Shown: positions 1 through 10,626 of the stretch, piece by piece | How positions within the stretch are numbered: position 1 is the first letter of the stretch | Layout of the letters: each line of letters starts with the position of its first letter | NCBI GenBank assembly: GCA_963792585.1 | Contig: CAWBWI010000004.1 | Span: forward strand, 256,001-320,000 | DNA from: Candidatus Eiseniibacteriota bacterium | GTDB lineage: Bacteria > Eisenbacteria > RBG-16-71-46 > CAIMUX01 > VGJL01 | Reading direction: 5' to 3' | Length of the DNA stretch: 64,000 nt | Made by a program: the position numbers and the translations under genes | The notes under the pieces: generated by a model | Database searches by the model: none | Seen by the model: the letters and a program-made list of their open reading frames with translations, nothing else | Told to the model about the DNA's origin: nothing

Positions 1-168
1 GAATCCACAGTCAATCCGCGGACCTTGCGTGCCCCTGCAAAGCTCGCTAAACTGTTTCGTGTTCGTTTGAGTCCACCCGTTCCGTCGGCGGCCGACCCAT
101 TGTTCCGGTGGTTGTCAGGTCCCCTCGGACCGGCGCACATCCAGGAGATCGCAGCAAGGAGCCGCTGC

Positions 169-3071
169 ATGACCCGACTCACCCAGGCGCAACTTAGCCA
201 AGATTCCATCGGCGTTTCTCTTGTCGCGCGCACCCTCGTCGTCCTCCTCGTCCTCCTCGCGCCGCTAGCTCGCGCCGCGTCGCTGAACCCAGCCGAACCC
301 TGCGACCTCACCCCTCCCATCGACTACTACGGCAAGTCGATCAACGTCCTCAGGCTGTTGGGACAGGCGGAGCTCTCTGAGACTGGACGCAATCTGGTCA
401 CCGCGAACGGGATCTATCACGCCCCCGGCGTCGTGGTGGACCGCAACGCTCCCGCCGATCGGCTCTACATCTACGTCGTCGACAGCGGGAACAATCGCAT
501 CCTTGGGTTCGACATCGATTGTCCGACCGGCACCACCTGTCCGCTGGACGGAACGAGGCCCGCCGACATCGTGCTGGGCCAACCGGACATGGAGACAGCT
601 TCCTGCAACGGCGACAACAATCTCGGGTTCACGTTGGCTCCGTCCGCATCCTGCCTGTGTCTGCTCGGCTACCCGTTGGCGAACAACACGGCCGAGTCGT
701 GGATGCGGTTGAACATCGACGTCGACAGCCGAGGGCAATGTCTATGTCCCCGACACCTACAACAACCGAGTGCTCAAGTACAACGCCCCGTTGAGCCCCG
801 ACAAGACCGGCGGCAAGGGCGATGCCGTTGCGGATCGCGTCTGGGGCCAGGACAGCATGACCTCCAACGGCCGCAACCGGGGCAGCAACTATGGACCGCC
901 GGACCCGCCCGATGACCATTCGCTCTGGATCAGCTACGGGAACCCGTACTTCGACCACGTCACGTCGAGAGGCGTCTCCGTGGATCCCGACGGAAACGTG
1001 TGGATCGCCGACACGTTCAACAGCCGCGTGCTTCGCTTCCCGCCCGGTTCGTCCCAGGCCGATCTCGTGCTGGGCCAGCCGGATTTCACTTCCTCGGGCT
1101 GCGTGCCGGATGGGCCGCTCGACCGCATGTGCACGCCGACGCTGGCACGGGTGCATCCGACGACGGGCGAGCTCTACGTTCTGGACGAGTTTCCGGCGCC
1201 GTTCTTCGTGCGGATGCTGGTGTTCACGCCGCCGTTCGCCGATGGGATGGCCGCCTCGCGCACGATCGTGCCGCTCGCAGGATGGCCCGTTCACCAACTG
1301 GGACGCGTGGGACGGGATGGGCACGTACCGGTTTCAGTGCACGGGCTTCATCTTCAACCCGTACAAGGTCGGACCCTACGCGGACGGGGAGATCTGGCTC
1401 AACGAGCATTCGAGCAATCGGGCGCTGTTGATCGCCGACGACGGTGCGATCGTGGCCGTGGTCGGCGCACAGAACCAGTACCTGCGCGGCGGCGACTCGG
1501 TCTACTACGCGGGGTGCGGGATCCATCTACGAGGGGAATCATCTCTGGTGGCCCGGAGGCTCCCTCGGCATAGACCTAGCGTGACAACCTCTACCTCGCA
1601 GACGAGTTCTTCTCGACCGTGTACCGCTACGCCTTGCCGTATCTCACCTACCCGTCGGGGGAGAGCATTTGCCTGCCGGACGCCAACGGGGTGCTCTTTC
1701 CGAAGGGGCCGAACCAACAGTCGAACGACCGCCTTGGCGAGTCCGTCGGACTGGCGGTGCACGGCAACCAGCTCTTCGTGCGCGACGAGGGTATGAGGCT
1801 GAAGGTCTACAACGATTACGAGACGAAGGCGTTCGGCGCCGAGGCCGATTACGTCCTGACGGGCGGTTTTCAGGGGCGCAACTGGTTGAGCGGCGGGATC
1901 GACGAGGCGAGCCGGCTCTGGCTATCGGGCGAGCACGGGCAGATCCGGATCTACCAGCTACCGATCACCTCGAGTGCCACGACCCCGATCGCGGATTTCG
2001 TCAAGCTCTACTGGGCCGACACGCAAGACGGAGATCATGCGGGAGGCCGGCGACGCCTGGGTCCAGGTGGGCGCGATGGCATTCGACACGACGAGCCACG
2101 CGCTGTACATCGCGGACGCGGTGGCTACGCGGATCTTCCGCGTCCGCAACTACGAGGAGTTCGCCGACAGCCTCTTCGTGGACATGGTGATCGGCCAGGT
2201 CGACCGCGACGGAGCTGCGCTGCAATCAAGGGCTCGACGCGCCGACGGCGGCGACCCTGTGCGCTGCCACCATGATCAAGGTGGACCGGCACGGCAATCT
2301 CTTCGTGGTAGACAACGCCTACGAGTGTGCCGGCAACCGCCGTATGGTGGTGTTTCGGGCCGAGGATTTAAACGACGCCACAACGATGTTCCCGAACCTC
2401 GCGGCGTGGAAAGTCTTCAATGCGCCGAGCTTCAACGAGATCGGCGACTGCGCGTACTGGACCGTGGACCGACCCGGCTCCCCGGTAAGCATCGCGTTTG
2501 ACAGCCGCAACCGGATGGTTGTGGGGAACGACGGCTACTACGGCGACAACGAGCAGCGACAGCTCAAGCAGCTCTGGTTCTACGAGGACCCGCTGGCCAA
2601 GCAGACGCCCGACGCGTCTATCGAGATGTACATGGGCACCCCCGGCGATCTGGCGTTCGATGAGCACGACAACCTGCTGGTGCAGGACCACACGTGGTAT
2701 CGGGTCATGATGATCAATCTGGACTGCGATCCGGTCTGGTTGGTTCCGACGGTTTCCGCCGTCGACCCGGATCCCGGGACGCCGACCGAGGGATCCGCTG
2801 TTCTCCTGGGGAACAACCCGAACCCGGTCGTCAAGGGAACCGTCATCGCCTATGAGTTGGGTGCCGCGGCCGAGGTGAGCCTCAGGTTGTTCGACGTGGG
2901 GGGCGACTCGTGCGCCTACTGGAGCCGGCGGGAAGGAAAGCGGCCGGGCGTCATGAGGTCACCTGGGACGCGACGGATCGCTTCGGGCGCGAGGTGAACG
3001 CGGGCGTGTACGTATACCGGCTCGAGGTCAACGGAACGAGGCACTCAGGGCGGCTGATCATCGTTCGGTAG
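169..3071 (+). CDS. Secreted NHL-repeat (beta-propeller) protein with C-terminal FlgD-Ig/T9SS-like tail; split by several frameshifts
   Basis: Signal-like hydrophobic N-terminus; repeated 'ADIVLGQPDM/ADLVLGQPDF' and 'VDPDGNVWIADTFNSRVLRF' NHL motifs across ORFs 25-915, 770-1573, 891-1796, 1619-2275, 1974-2501 and 2272-2997; tail 'NNPNP...GVYVYRLEVNGTRHSGRLIIVR*' ends at TAG 3069-3071. Confidence 0.75.
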
Positions 3072-3105
3072 TATGGAACGACGCTAGGTCAAAACAGCGA
3101 TTCAT

Positions 3106-3152
3106 GGGGGTGGTCCTCATTCTCTCCAGAGAGGAGACCGCCTCCTTTTGTT
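3106..3152 (+). terminator. Putative Rho-independent terminator
   Basis: GGGGGTGGTCCTC...GAGGAGACCGCCTCC imperfect stem followed by TTTTGTT, 35 bp after the stop codon. Confidence 0.5.
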
Positions 3153-3258
3153 ACACCCTCGACTTGGGGGCAAGGAAGGTCGGGCGCTTCGACGATGCGG
3201 TGACAGACGGCCGCCGACCGCATGCAGCAGACCCCGGGACTACCCCGGACGCTGGGGC

Positions 3259-3640
3259 TCATGCTCGCATAGGCTGCGAATGGCCCCCGAGAGCCTCGAG
3301 TTCGACTACCCCGCGGGCCAGGAGCGAGCTCTTATCGGATACCCAAACCCCGGATGAGCCATGGAACCGCTGCCATGCGTCCAACCGCCTTGGGGACTCT
3401 TGCCTTCCCGAGACCTTCGATCGGCTGTTCCACCTCCAGTAGAGCCGGATTCCCTCCCGGTGCCATCGGATGACGGTCTTGGGATGAACGATGGTCAGTG
3501 ACTGCCGCCAGTCAGGCCAGAATCGGGACAGCAGCACCCAGAGGAGGCGCTCTACACTCCTGAGGTGTGGCTTCTCGGCAGGTTGTTGGAAGATAACGAG
3601 TTGATGGCGCAATGCGAGGTTTTCGACGGCCAACGCGCGC
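3259..3640 (-). pseudogene. N-terminal remnant of an rve/integrase-core IS transposase
   Basis: 'ENLALRHQL...LWVLLSRFWPDWRQSLTIVHPKTVIRWHREGIRLYWRWNSR' matches the N-terminus of the IS ORF at 28758. Confidence 0.8.
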
Positions 3641-3841
3641 TAAGACTGATGGACTGAATCAGGGTGTGGAAGCTGATGGGGAGCATGGAAGCGCCGCTAC
3701 CGAGACGATCTGCTACCCGCAACCAGGCCAAGGAGGACAAGGTTTACAGGACTGGCCCGTCTTGAGTCTTGGCACCCTGAAACCAAGAACCCAGTCGTAA
3801 CGTACTGGCAGCGCCACTGATACCCAGAGGAGGGCGTACCC

Positions 3842-4540
3842 ATGCAGTCTGCGATCGAAATCAAACGCGCCGCCAGACAGGCCGGCTTGCTCTATCTCGT
3901 GATGTCCGTCCTGGCGATGATCAGCTACTTCTATCTCCATCGCCTCTTCGTCATCAAGGGGGATCCCGCGGCCACCGCGCGAAGCATCCTCGCGAATGAG
4001 CAGCTCTATCGATTCAGCATCCTGATCGACCTGGTAGGGGAGTGCCTCTTCGTATTGGTCGTGCTCGCGCTGTACCGCCTGTTCAAGGATGTAGATCGGA
4101 ACCAGACGCGAGTCATGGTTGCGTTGGTTGGAACAGGCATTGCCGCGCAATTCGCGGGCTTCATGTTGAATGCCGCGCCCCTAATGCTCCTGAGCGGCGC
4201 AGATTACCTGTCGGTCTTCAGCCGACAGCAGCTCGAGGCGCTCTCGTACGCATCGCTCAGTCTAGCCGGGAAGCAGGGTGAGCTGCTGACGTCGATCTGG
4301 GGGCTGTGGCTGTTCCCATTCGCGGGGTTGACGATCAAGTCCGGCTTCCTGCCGAAGTTCTTGGGCACACTTCTCATCATCACGGGAATCGCCTATGTGG
4401 TCTCCTGTGTCACTTCGGTCGCATTCCCAGACAATGTCGCCGGCATCTCCAAGTTTCTGCTTCCGCTCTACTTCGGGGAGTTCGTCGTCATCTTGTGGCT
4501 GGCCGTCATCGGCGCCAAGCCACGCGCGGCCGAGGCCTAG
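3842..4540 (+). CDS. DUF4386-like multi-pass membrane protein
   Basis: 232 aa with about 6 TM segments; 'ARQAGLLYL', 'GDPAATARSILANEQLYR', 'WGLWLFP', 'KSGFLPKFLG'; RBS GGAGG. Confidence 0.8.
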   Translation: MQSAIEIKRAARQAGLLYLVMSVLAMISYFYLHRLFVIKGDPAATARSILANEQLYRFSILIDLVGECLFVLVVLALYRLFKDVDRNQTRVMVALVGTGIAAQFAGFMLNAAPLMLLSGADYLSVFSRQQLEALSYASLSLAGKQGELLTSIWGLWLFPFAGLTIKSGFLPKFLGTLLIITGIAYVVSCVTSVAFPDNVAGISKFLLPLYFGEFVVILWLAVIGAKPRAAEA

Positions 4541-4765
4541 CATGCGAATGTGAGCATCGGGGAACTTCTGACCGCGGACGAACTCAAGGACAATCCGCAG
4601 CGCGAGGTGAGTGTGACGCTCGCTGGTGGGGCGCGCCCCGCAGCGATTCGGCCTGAGAGGGGTTATCACGATCGAGGTAGACACCTCGGGCACGCACGGA
4701 GTCGGCCAGGCGCGTCTATGGTGGCGCGACGGGCGGATGGCGTAAAGCGGTTCGGCTGGTGCGCC

Positions 4766-4804
4766 AAGGGCGGCGTGGAGAGCCTTAGCCCCACAGCCGC
4801 CCTT
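4766..4804. terminator. Hairpin between convergent genes (possible bidirectional terminator)
   Basis: AAGGGCGGCGTGG...CCACAGCCGCCCTT inverted repeat. Confidence 0.55.
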
Positions 4805-4825
4805 CTTGCCATCGACACACGAGGC

Positions 4826-5524
4826 TCAGCGGTACCGTGCTTTGATGAGGCCCCAGGTGGTCGCGACAATCGGGACAGAACCCGTCTCCGTCACCGATAC
4901 GTCGAAGGAGCCAATGTTGTTATACCACCCGCAGCTGTCCAGCGTACCGAGGAAGAGACGGCGGGCGGCGACCGGAACGACCACCCCCTGGATGGCCCCG
5001 CCCGAAGTGAGCCCGTCCCCGATAAAGAACACCTGCTTGAGAAGGGGAAGAAGTGTGAGGTAGTCACGGCTTGCCGGTGAGCTGAAGTCCAGGTCGGAGG
5101 GAGCCGGACTCGAGTCGGGCTCCTGCTCCGTGAGGAACACGCCCACAAGGCAGTTGGCGGGAGCTCTTACGTTCGAGATGCCGTTCTCCGCGCCCGTGTC
5201 GTGCGACGCAATGTAGGCATTTCCATCGGGCGGATCTAGCGGGAACTGCGGGTCGTTTGCGACGCCGCCGGTCGCAGCGAATGTCAGCACATCCCCAGCG
5301 ACAAGAGCGAGACCATTCACGAGCTGCGGAGATTGTTGGGGCGCGTAGTCGCAGCCGCAAGCGCAACTGGCGCTCGATCCATCCGGCATTCCCGCCAGCC
5401 AGGGATCCGACCACCCCGGGACCGAAAGGTCGATTTGAGCGTGAGCCGCCGGAGAAACCCAGAGCGACAGGACAGCCTGGGCCATGGCGAAACACAAGAA
5501 CGCTGGGATCTTTGCGGTCTGCAT
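4826..5524 (-). CDS. Secreted protein with TTWG-type C-terminal tail
   Basis: Signal peptide (AAHA|Q); 'QVFFIGDG...RLFLG' domain; ends 'VPIVATTWGLIKARYR'. Confidence 0.85.
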   Translation of the reverse strand: MQTAKIPAFLCFAMAQAVLSLWVSPAAHAQIDLSVPGWSDPWLAGMPDGSSASCACGCDYAPQQSPQLVNGLALVAGDVLTFAATGGVANDPQFPLDPPDGNAYIASHDTGAENGISNVRAPANCLVGVFLTEQEPDSSPAPSDLDFSSPASRDYLTLLPLLKQVFFIGDGLTSGGAIQGVVVPVAARRLFLGTLDSCGWYNNIGSFDVSVTETGSVPIVATTWGLIKARYR

Positions 5525-5625
5525 GCTATGCCTCTCCTTTCCAGGGAATCATCCACCGAACCAGAGCACGGAGGCGAGTACTGCGGCGGGTCCGACGAGG
5601 TGCAGTCGCGCTGCGGCGAACCAGA

Positions 5626-6402
5626 TCACCGGTAACTCGCCTTGATCCTCCCCCAGGTGGTCGGCTCCACAGGCGTCGGCTCGCAGGGATTGGGATCGCA
5701 GGCGGTATCGTCACCCGCGTAGGAACCTCCAGCAGTCGCGCAATCGACCTCCGTCCCGAGAAGGCACGCGCCCGAGGCGAAGCAGCAGGCGCCCATCGGA
5801 GGCCCTGCCGTCTCGACGGTGAAGTCCAGCTGGGTGGTGTCGTAGTAATAAGAGATCGGATCGACCGCGCACTCGATCACATCTCCCGCCTGCACGGTCA
5901 GACGGGTGGTGTAGCCCGCAGGCTGCCAGAGGGTACTGAGCGTGGCCGAGAAGAGTTCTGTGCCGTTGGCGTAGACGCGGACGATGTCGGAGCCGAGATC
6001 CCACATCACGAAATGCGCGGTCAGAAGAACCGTCATGTCTTGTGGTGCTGTCCAGCGGACGACGGTTTGCTGGGTCTGGCCAGGGTGGAAATACGTTGTA
6101 TGCGGTGGGAGATCATAGGTCGATACGCAGTGGTAGGGTTCATCGTGGAAGTTGTACCACACACCGGGGTTCATTTCGCCGTCCCACCACCACCAGAGGT
6201 CACAGTCGTTCAGGGGTGAGTTGTCAGTGAAGAGTGCCAATTGCTGTTCCGGGGTATCCCGCCAACCGAACGACCACACTCCGTTTGGATTCTGGGTCGC
6301 CGAGAAGTCATCCCCTAGGTTCCAGACCTCACCATGGCTGATGACCGGGCATAAGACCAACAGCAGGCAGCCGGCAAGCGCGATTCGCATCTTCATGATC
6401 AT
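5626..6402 (-). CDS. Secreted protein with GACC module and TTWG tail (paralog of 33906-34682)
   Basis: Signal peptide; 'DDFSATQNPNGVWSFGW' domain; 'GACCFASGAC...CDPNPC'; ends 'TTWGRIKASYR'. Confidence 0.85.
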   Translation of the reverse strand: MIMKMRIALAGCLLLVLCPVISHGEVWNLGDDFSATQNPNGVWSFGWRDTPEQQLALFTDNSPLNDCDLWWWWDGEMNPGVWYNFHDEPYHCVSTYDLPPHTTYFHPGQTQQTVVRWTAPQDMTVLLTAHFVMWDLGSDIVRVYANGTELFSATLSTLWQPAGYTTRLTVQAGDVIECAVDPISYYYDTTQLDFTVETAGPPMGACCFASGACLLGTEVDCATAGGSYAGDDTACDPNPCEPTPVEPTTWGRIKASYR

Positions 6403-6489
6403 GCTCTCCCCAGAAATACGATGGCATTCCTCGGCGAATGGGAGTGGGGGTGGCCACAAGTTGAATGAGGCGACGTATGGAAAGTAGAT

Positions 6490-6965
6490 GCCCCTCGGAC
6501 CTCTCGGGCAAGGGGCTCATCGTGGGCACTATGTGGAACTGCGACCTGCATGCTTGACTCCAGAACCTCGACCCCACGTGAACTGGCCTGCATTAGTCGT
6601 CGCGATAGGGCGGCGAATGCGTCTGGAGAAGTCGCAACAAGGATACCGCCGTTCCCGCAGGAACTCCAGCGGCATTGCGCGCTTCGAGACGCACCATGTA
6701 CTTCGAGAGGGCGCGACCTCGATCCGAGTTTGAGCAGCTCCCATGGATGCGCGGCGCGCCCCAGAGCGTCTTGGCCTCAACATCTGCCGGATGAGATCAC
6801 GAACTTCCTCGGGACTCCGGTCTACAACGCCTTCGATCGGCTCTTCCACCGCCAGAGAGCCGGAATCCTTCGCGGTGCCATCGGATAACGGCTCGGCTAA
6901 CGATGGCCAGCGACGCCGCCAGCCGGTCCAGAACCTGGAGAGCAGGTCCAGAGGCCCATCGTGGC
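6490..6965 (-). pseudogene. Decayed rve-type IS remnant
   Basis: Frameshifted fragments reading 'LLSRFWTGWRR', 'EEVRDLIRQM...WGAPRIHG..LKLG' and 'GVEVLE', colinear with the transposase at 28758-29856. Confidence 0.7.
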
Positions 6966-7090
6966 TCGCAGCGTGTTTCTGGCTGTCATTGGAGCCAAGG
7001 AGTTGTGGGGAGGCCGATCTCCCGGCGAGGCGCGTGGCTTGCGCAGTCAGAGCGCGGTGTGGTAGTGCGGGCTCGGCGCGGCCGCGGCGT

Positions 7091-7160
7091 GGGCGTTCAC
7101 CACGGAGACGCGATTTCGTGAAGCGCCCTTCCTGGGCATCGCTCATGCTGAGAGCGTACT
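7091..7160 (+). repeat. Intergenic repeat family, copy A (left core only)
   Basis: GGCGTTCACCAC-N7-CGATTTCGTGAAGCGCCCTTCCTGGGCATCGCTCATGCTGAGAGCGTAC. Confidence 0.75.
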
Positions 7161-7232
7161 CATAGGCCACCCCACGTTCGCGAGCCTTGTACTTCTGCGG
7201 CGGCGTCTCCCCGAGGACGTCTGGATCGGGCA

Positions 7233-7979
7233 TCACCGGAACAGCGACTTCACCTCACCCCAGGTCGTGTTCTTTACCGGCGTAGACTCGCACGGATTGG
7301 GATCGCAGGGGGCTTCGTCACCCATATAGCTCCCTCCCGCCTGCTCACAGTCTGCCTCTTGACCCACCAGGCAACCACCCGACGGGAAGCAGCAGGCACC
7401 GACCGTGAATTCGAACATCTCCCACTCCTCGATGATCATCTGCTCGTAGCACCCGCCATAGCCGCCCCAGTTGCTCAGGCCGTAGAGGCGGTAGTAGCGA
7501 TACCCCGTCGTCTTCTGAAAGAAGAACGACTGCCACTCATGCCGATTCGCATACTGCATGAGGCCCTCATGAAGTGGCGTATAGGTGACACCATCGTTTG
7601 AACCTTCAAAACGAAAGTCCTTGAGGCGGAGGTTAGAGTCCCACGTCTCGCTGTAGGCTAGAACCTTAAGTTGCTTCACGGTGCGTGACGCACCGAAATC
7701 GATCTGAACCCAGTGCGGGAAGATCTGGCCAGTCCGCTCGTCCCCAGAGTGCCATGACGCGTATTCCAGACCGAGTTGGTTGTTGGAGACATTCGAAGGA
7801 TCGTACACGCCATACAAGTCGTAGAGCACCGAATCGGCTGTGTGCGGCAGAGATGAATCCGTGATATCTGCCTGGGCCTGCGCCGGTGGGACCGAGGCCA
7901 GCACGAGGGTCATGGCCGTCGCCAAGACGGTCCCAACAAGAGAGAAGCGGGAAATAGAACCAGCGGTTGGGAAGATCAT
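7233..7979 (-). CDS. Secreted discoidin (F5/8 type C-like) domain protein with GACC module and TTWG tail
   Basis: 'PHWVQIDFG...KDFRFEGSNDG...YRYYRL'; GACC module; ends 'TTWGEVKSLFR'. Confidence 0.85.
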   Translation of the reverse strand: MIFPTAGSISRFSLVGTVLATAMTLVLASVPPAQAQADITDSSLPHTADSVLYDLYGVYDPSNVSNNQLGLEYASWHSGDERTGQIFPHWVQIDFGASRTVKQLKVLAYSETWDSNLRLKDFRFEGSNDGVTYTPLHEGLMQYANRHEWQSFFFQKTTGYRYYRLYGLSNWGGYGGCYEQMIIEEWEMFEFTVGACCFPSGGCLVGQEADCEQAGGSYMGDEAPCDPNPCESTPVKNTTWGEVKSLFR

Positions 7980-8310
7980 TGCACCCTCCGAGGTTATCGA
8001 ATCCCTGGCCTCGTTTCCACGGAGCACGACAACTGCGCGTTCTAGGAAGTTCTGATCCGCTCACCAGGACAAGAGTGTTCTTCACCGACGCAGGGCCGCA
8101 GCTTCGCGCGCTCTATGATACGCTTGGGGGACACGAGGAACCAGCAGTTCGTCGTCCAGCGGATCCGCCCTGCGCGACCCTTCAACCTGGAGACGAGTTG
8201 CCAAAGGACAGAACCTCTTGTTACGCGCGCCCTTCGGGTCATCGAGCGGGTGCGGGCACTCGGAGTCTCGGTTTCCGGTGATTCCCTCGCTCGGCCCATC
8301 GCGATCGCGT

Positions 8311-8378
8311 GAGCGTCCACCACGACAACGCAGTTTCGTGAACCGTCCTCAGCGGGCATCGCTCAGGACGAGAGCGTC
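8311..8378 (+). repeat. Intergenic repeat family, copy B (left core)
   Basis: GAGCGTCCACCAC-N7-CAGTTTCGTGAACCGTCCTCAGCGGGCATCGCTCAGGACGAGAGCGTC. Confidence 0.8.
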
Positions 8379-8442
8379 AGAAGGAAGCGTTGTATCGTGG
8401 CCTTCAGGCCTTGGTCGGGCGGCCGCGAGGCAACGTTTTCCC

Positions 8443-10320
8443 TCACTTCAGCATGAGCATCTTCCGCTGCGTCTTGGAGCCGGCCGTCTGCAGTGTATAG
8501 AAGTACACGCCGGCGCCGACGGCCCTTCCAGCGTCGTCACGGCCGTCCCACAGCGCCGAGTGCTCACCTGCCGACTGGTTCCCGGAGACCAGAGAGCGGA
8601 CAAGCCGGCCGACTGGGTCGTAGATCGTGAGAGTTACCGCGTGGTCCCTTCCTAGCCGGAAGCCGATGGAGGTCGCGCGGCTGAACGGATTGGGTCGGTT
8701 CTCGTAGAGGACTGCTGTTCTCGTCGCCGCTGGCGAGGAAACAGAGGAAGATTGCAGACAGCGCAGAACTGACTGATACGCGTCGATGAAGCCCCAGCCA
8801 TAGTCGTTGTCTTCTCCGGCCGCACCCTCATCCCGCGCGGTGTCCAGGATGATCTGCTTGATCGTTTCGACGTCGATGTCGGGATTGGCCGAACGCATGA
8901 GACCGACGACGCCGGCGACGTGAGGGCCTGACGCCGAGGTTCCGCCACCATAGGCGTAGCCGCCGCCCGGCGAGGATGAGTACACCCGAACGCCGGGAGC
9001 ACAGATCTCCGGCTTGATCCGGTTCTCGGGAGGCACGCCGGTGCAGCCGCTCGGACCGCGGCTGGAGAAACCGGCGATCGGGTAGGGCCAGCCATAGTCG
9101 GTGGCGTTGACGGCCCCGACCGATAGGCAGTTGAGGGGAGTCGTGGCGCGGTCGGCAGGAGAGCCGATGGTTTGAGCGCCCGGGCCCTCGTTGCCGGCGG
9201 ACCAGGTCGTGACCACGCTTGCTGCTTCGCAGTTGTCGATGACCGCCCACCAGCGAATATCGCAGTCGGTGTAGTCCCAACCGCTTTCATTGATGCGCCA
9301 CGAGTTCTGGACGACGTCGGGCACGTCGTCGACCGTGTTCGGGTTGCCGTCTGGGTCCGCAAACCACTGGTAGCAGTTGATGATGTCGTTGTCGAACTCC
9401 GGTCCGGCACTCTGGTTGCATGGGTTGGCCGCGATCCACTGTGCGCCCCAGGCGACACCGATCGTATCCTGGGTGGTGCCGGCTACGCCGGTCTCTATTC
9501 CCATGACTGCGGTGCCGTGCCCCGAGCCGTCGTTTGGGTACTGAGTATTACTGCCAAGAACGTCATGCCAGCACTCCTGCCACGGATGCCCGCTGTTGCC
9601 GCGCCAGCGGCTGCTCAGGGCCGGATGGTTGCCGTCGACGCCGGTGTCGCAGTTGGCGACGATCGCTCCGGATCCGTTGATCCCAAGCTGGTACCACACC
9701 TCGGGGGCGCGGATGGCGCGTAGCCCCTCCGTGACCCCGATGCCTCTGGGGTCTTCTCCCTGCTCAGGAGCGGGCGTGTTGTCTACAGGTTCCATGGGCG
9801 CGGCCTTGAAGTTCGGCTCCAGGACGTCCACATCCATTCTGGTGGAAAGTTGCTCCAAGGCACTCCGTGTCCCCCGGACCACGATCAGATTGGCGATCCA
9901 GTAGGGTGTGTATCCCGCGATCTGTCCCGTGGCCTTGAGGGTGGCGATCTCGGCCAGGATGGGGCCCTGGGTCTCCCTCGCAGTCCGCTGCAGTTCCTCG
10001 ACTACACGGCGATGTCGTTCGACGCGGCTCGCATTGCCGGCCCTCAGGGCCTCATTCAGGACGTCGATTCTGGCTTGCTGCTCCAGGATCAGGATCGCCG
10101 AAGCCTGCTGATGTGGGGCCAATCGCGAAAGCTCTCCCCGCAAGGCGGGATGGATCGTGCCGGCTCCGGCCGGGATCGCGGGAAGGACCAGACCCGCGAG
10201 GAAGACCAGTACGAGAACCAATTGAGGGGTGCATCGGCCGCGTGCCAAGAGCCGGTTCCGGCTGCGAAGCGAGCGAGGAGATTGAGCTTGCACTTGGGCG
10301 GGCTGGAGCTGGTCAACCAC
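8443..10320 (-). CDS. Subtilisin-like S8 serine peptidase (bacillopeptidase F-like) with prodomain and FlgD-Ig tail
   Basis: Catalytic triad motifs 'NCDTG', 'GHGTAVMG', 'GGTSASGPHVAG'; oxyanion 'SAGNEG'; tail 'PNPFS...IYDPVGRLVRSL...WDGRDDAG...GVYFY'. Confidence 0.92.
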   Translation of the reverse strand: MVDQLQPAQVQAQSPRSLRSRNRLLARGRCTPQLVLVLVFLAGLVLPAIPAGAGTIHPALRGELSRLAPHQQASAILILEQQARIDVLNEALRAGNASRVERHRRVVEELQRTARETQGPILAEIATLKATGQIAGYTPYWIANLIVVRGTRSALEQLSTRMDVDVLEPNFKAAPMEPVDNTPAPEQGEDPRGIGVTEGLRAIRAPEVWYQLGINGSGAIVANCDTGVDGNHPALSSRWRGNSGHPWQECWHDVLGSNTQYPNDGSGHGTAVMGIETGVAGTTQDTIGVAWGAQWIAANPCNQSAGPEFDNDIINCYQWFADPDGNPNTVDDVPDVVQNSWRINESGWDYTDCDIRWWAVIDNCEAASVVTTWSAGNEGPGAQTIGSPADRATTPLNCLSVGAVNATDYGWPYPIAGFSSRGPSGCTGVPPENRIKPEICAPGVRVYSSSPGGGYAYGGGTSASGPHVAGVVGLMRSANPDIDVETIKQIILDTARDEGAAGEDNDYGWGFIDAYQSVLRCLQSSSVSSPAATRTAVLYENRPNPFSRATSIGFRLGRDHAVTLTIYDPVGRLVRSLVSGNQSAGEHSALWDGRDDAGRAVGAGVYFYTLQTAGSKTQRKMLMLK

Positions 10321-10403
10321 CGGATCCTCCTCACAAGAAGGAGTGGGTTGTCGCTGTCCGCGCAGGGCCGGACGGGGACCGAATCAACGGAAGACCATTG
10401 ATA

Positions 10404-10412
10404 ATTATAGCA
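10404..10412 (-). promoter_or_regulatory. Extended -10 promoter element for the S8 gene
   Basis: Minus strand TGCTATAAT (TGn-TATAAT) about 85 bp upstream of the ORF, in an AT-rich patch. Confidence 0.5.
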
Positions 10413-10626
10413 TAGTCTTGAGGTTGGACGAATGTGGGATGGGGGCCGACTCACCTTCAGGTTGCCGCGACGCCAGTTCCCTCAGATCGAACAGACCCCG
10501 CGTTCTATCGGGCTATAGGCGCTCAGATCACTTGCAGATTCGACCTCATCCGCGCCCAGCGATTCCGCATTCGTGACCGGCTGGGGTGGTCCGTTGCTCC
10601 GTCCCCCGCAATCCCCGCGCTGCGGC

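Noticed and set aside
6529..7236. ORFs spanning the intergenic repeat (6529-7236, 24146-24832, 37336-37968, 10586-10969) as real genes
   Set aside because: Reading frames and stops are not conserved between repeat copies, so the similarity is at the DNA level only.
8040..8300. Possible additional IS right-end remnant
   Set aside because: There is only faint resemblance to the IS terminus and no convincing transposase motif by eye.
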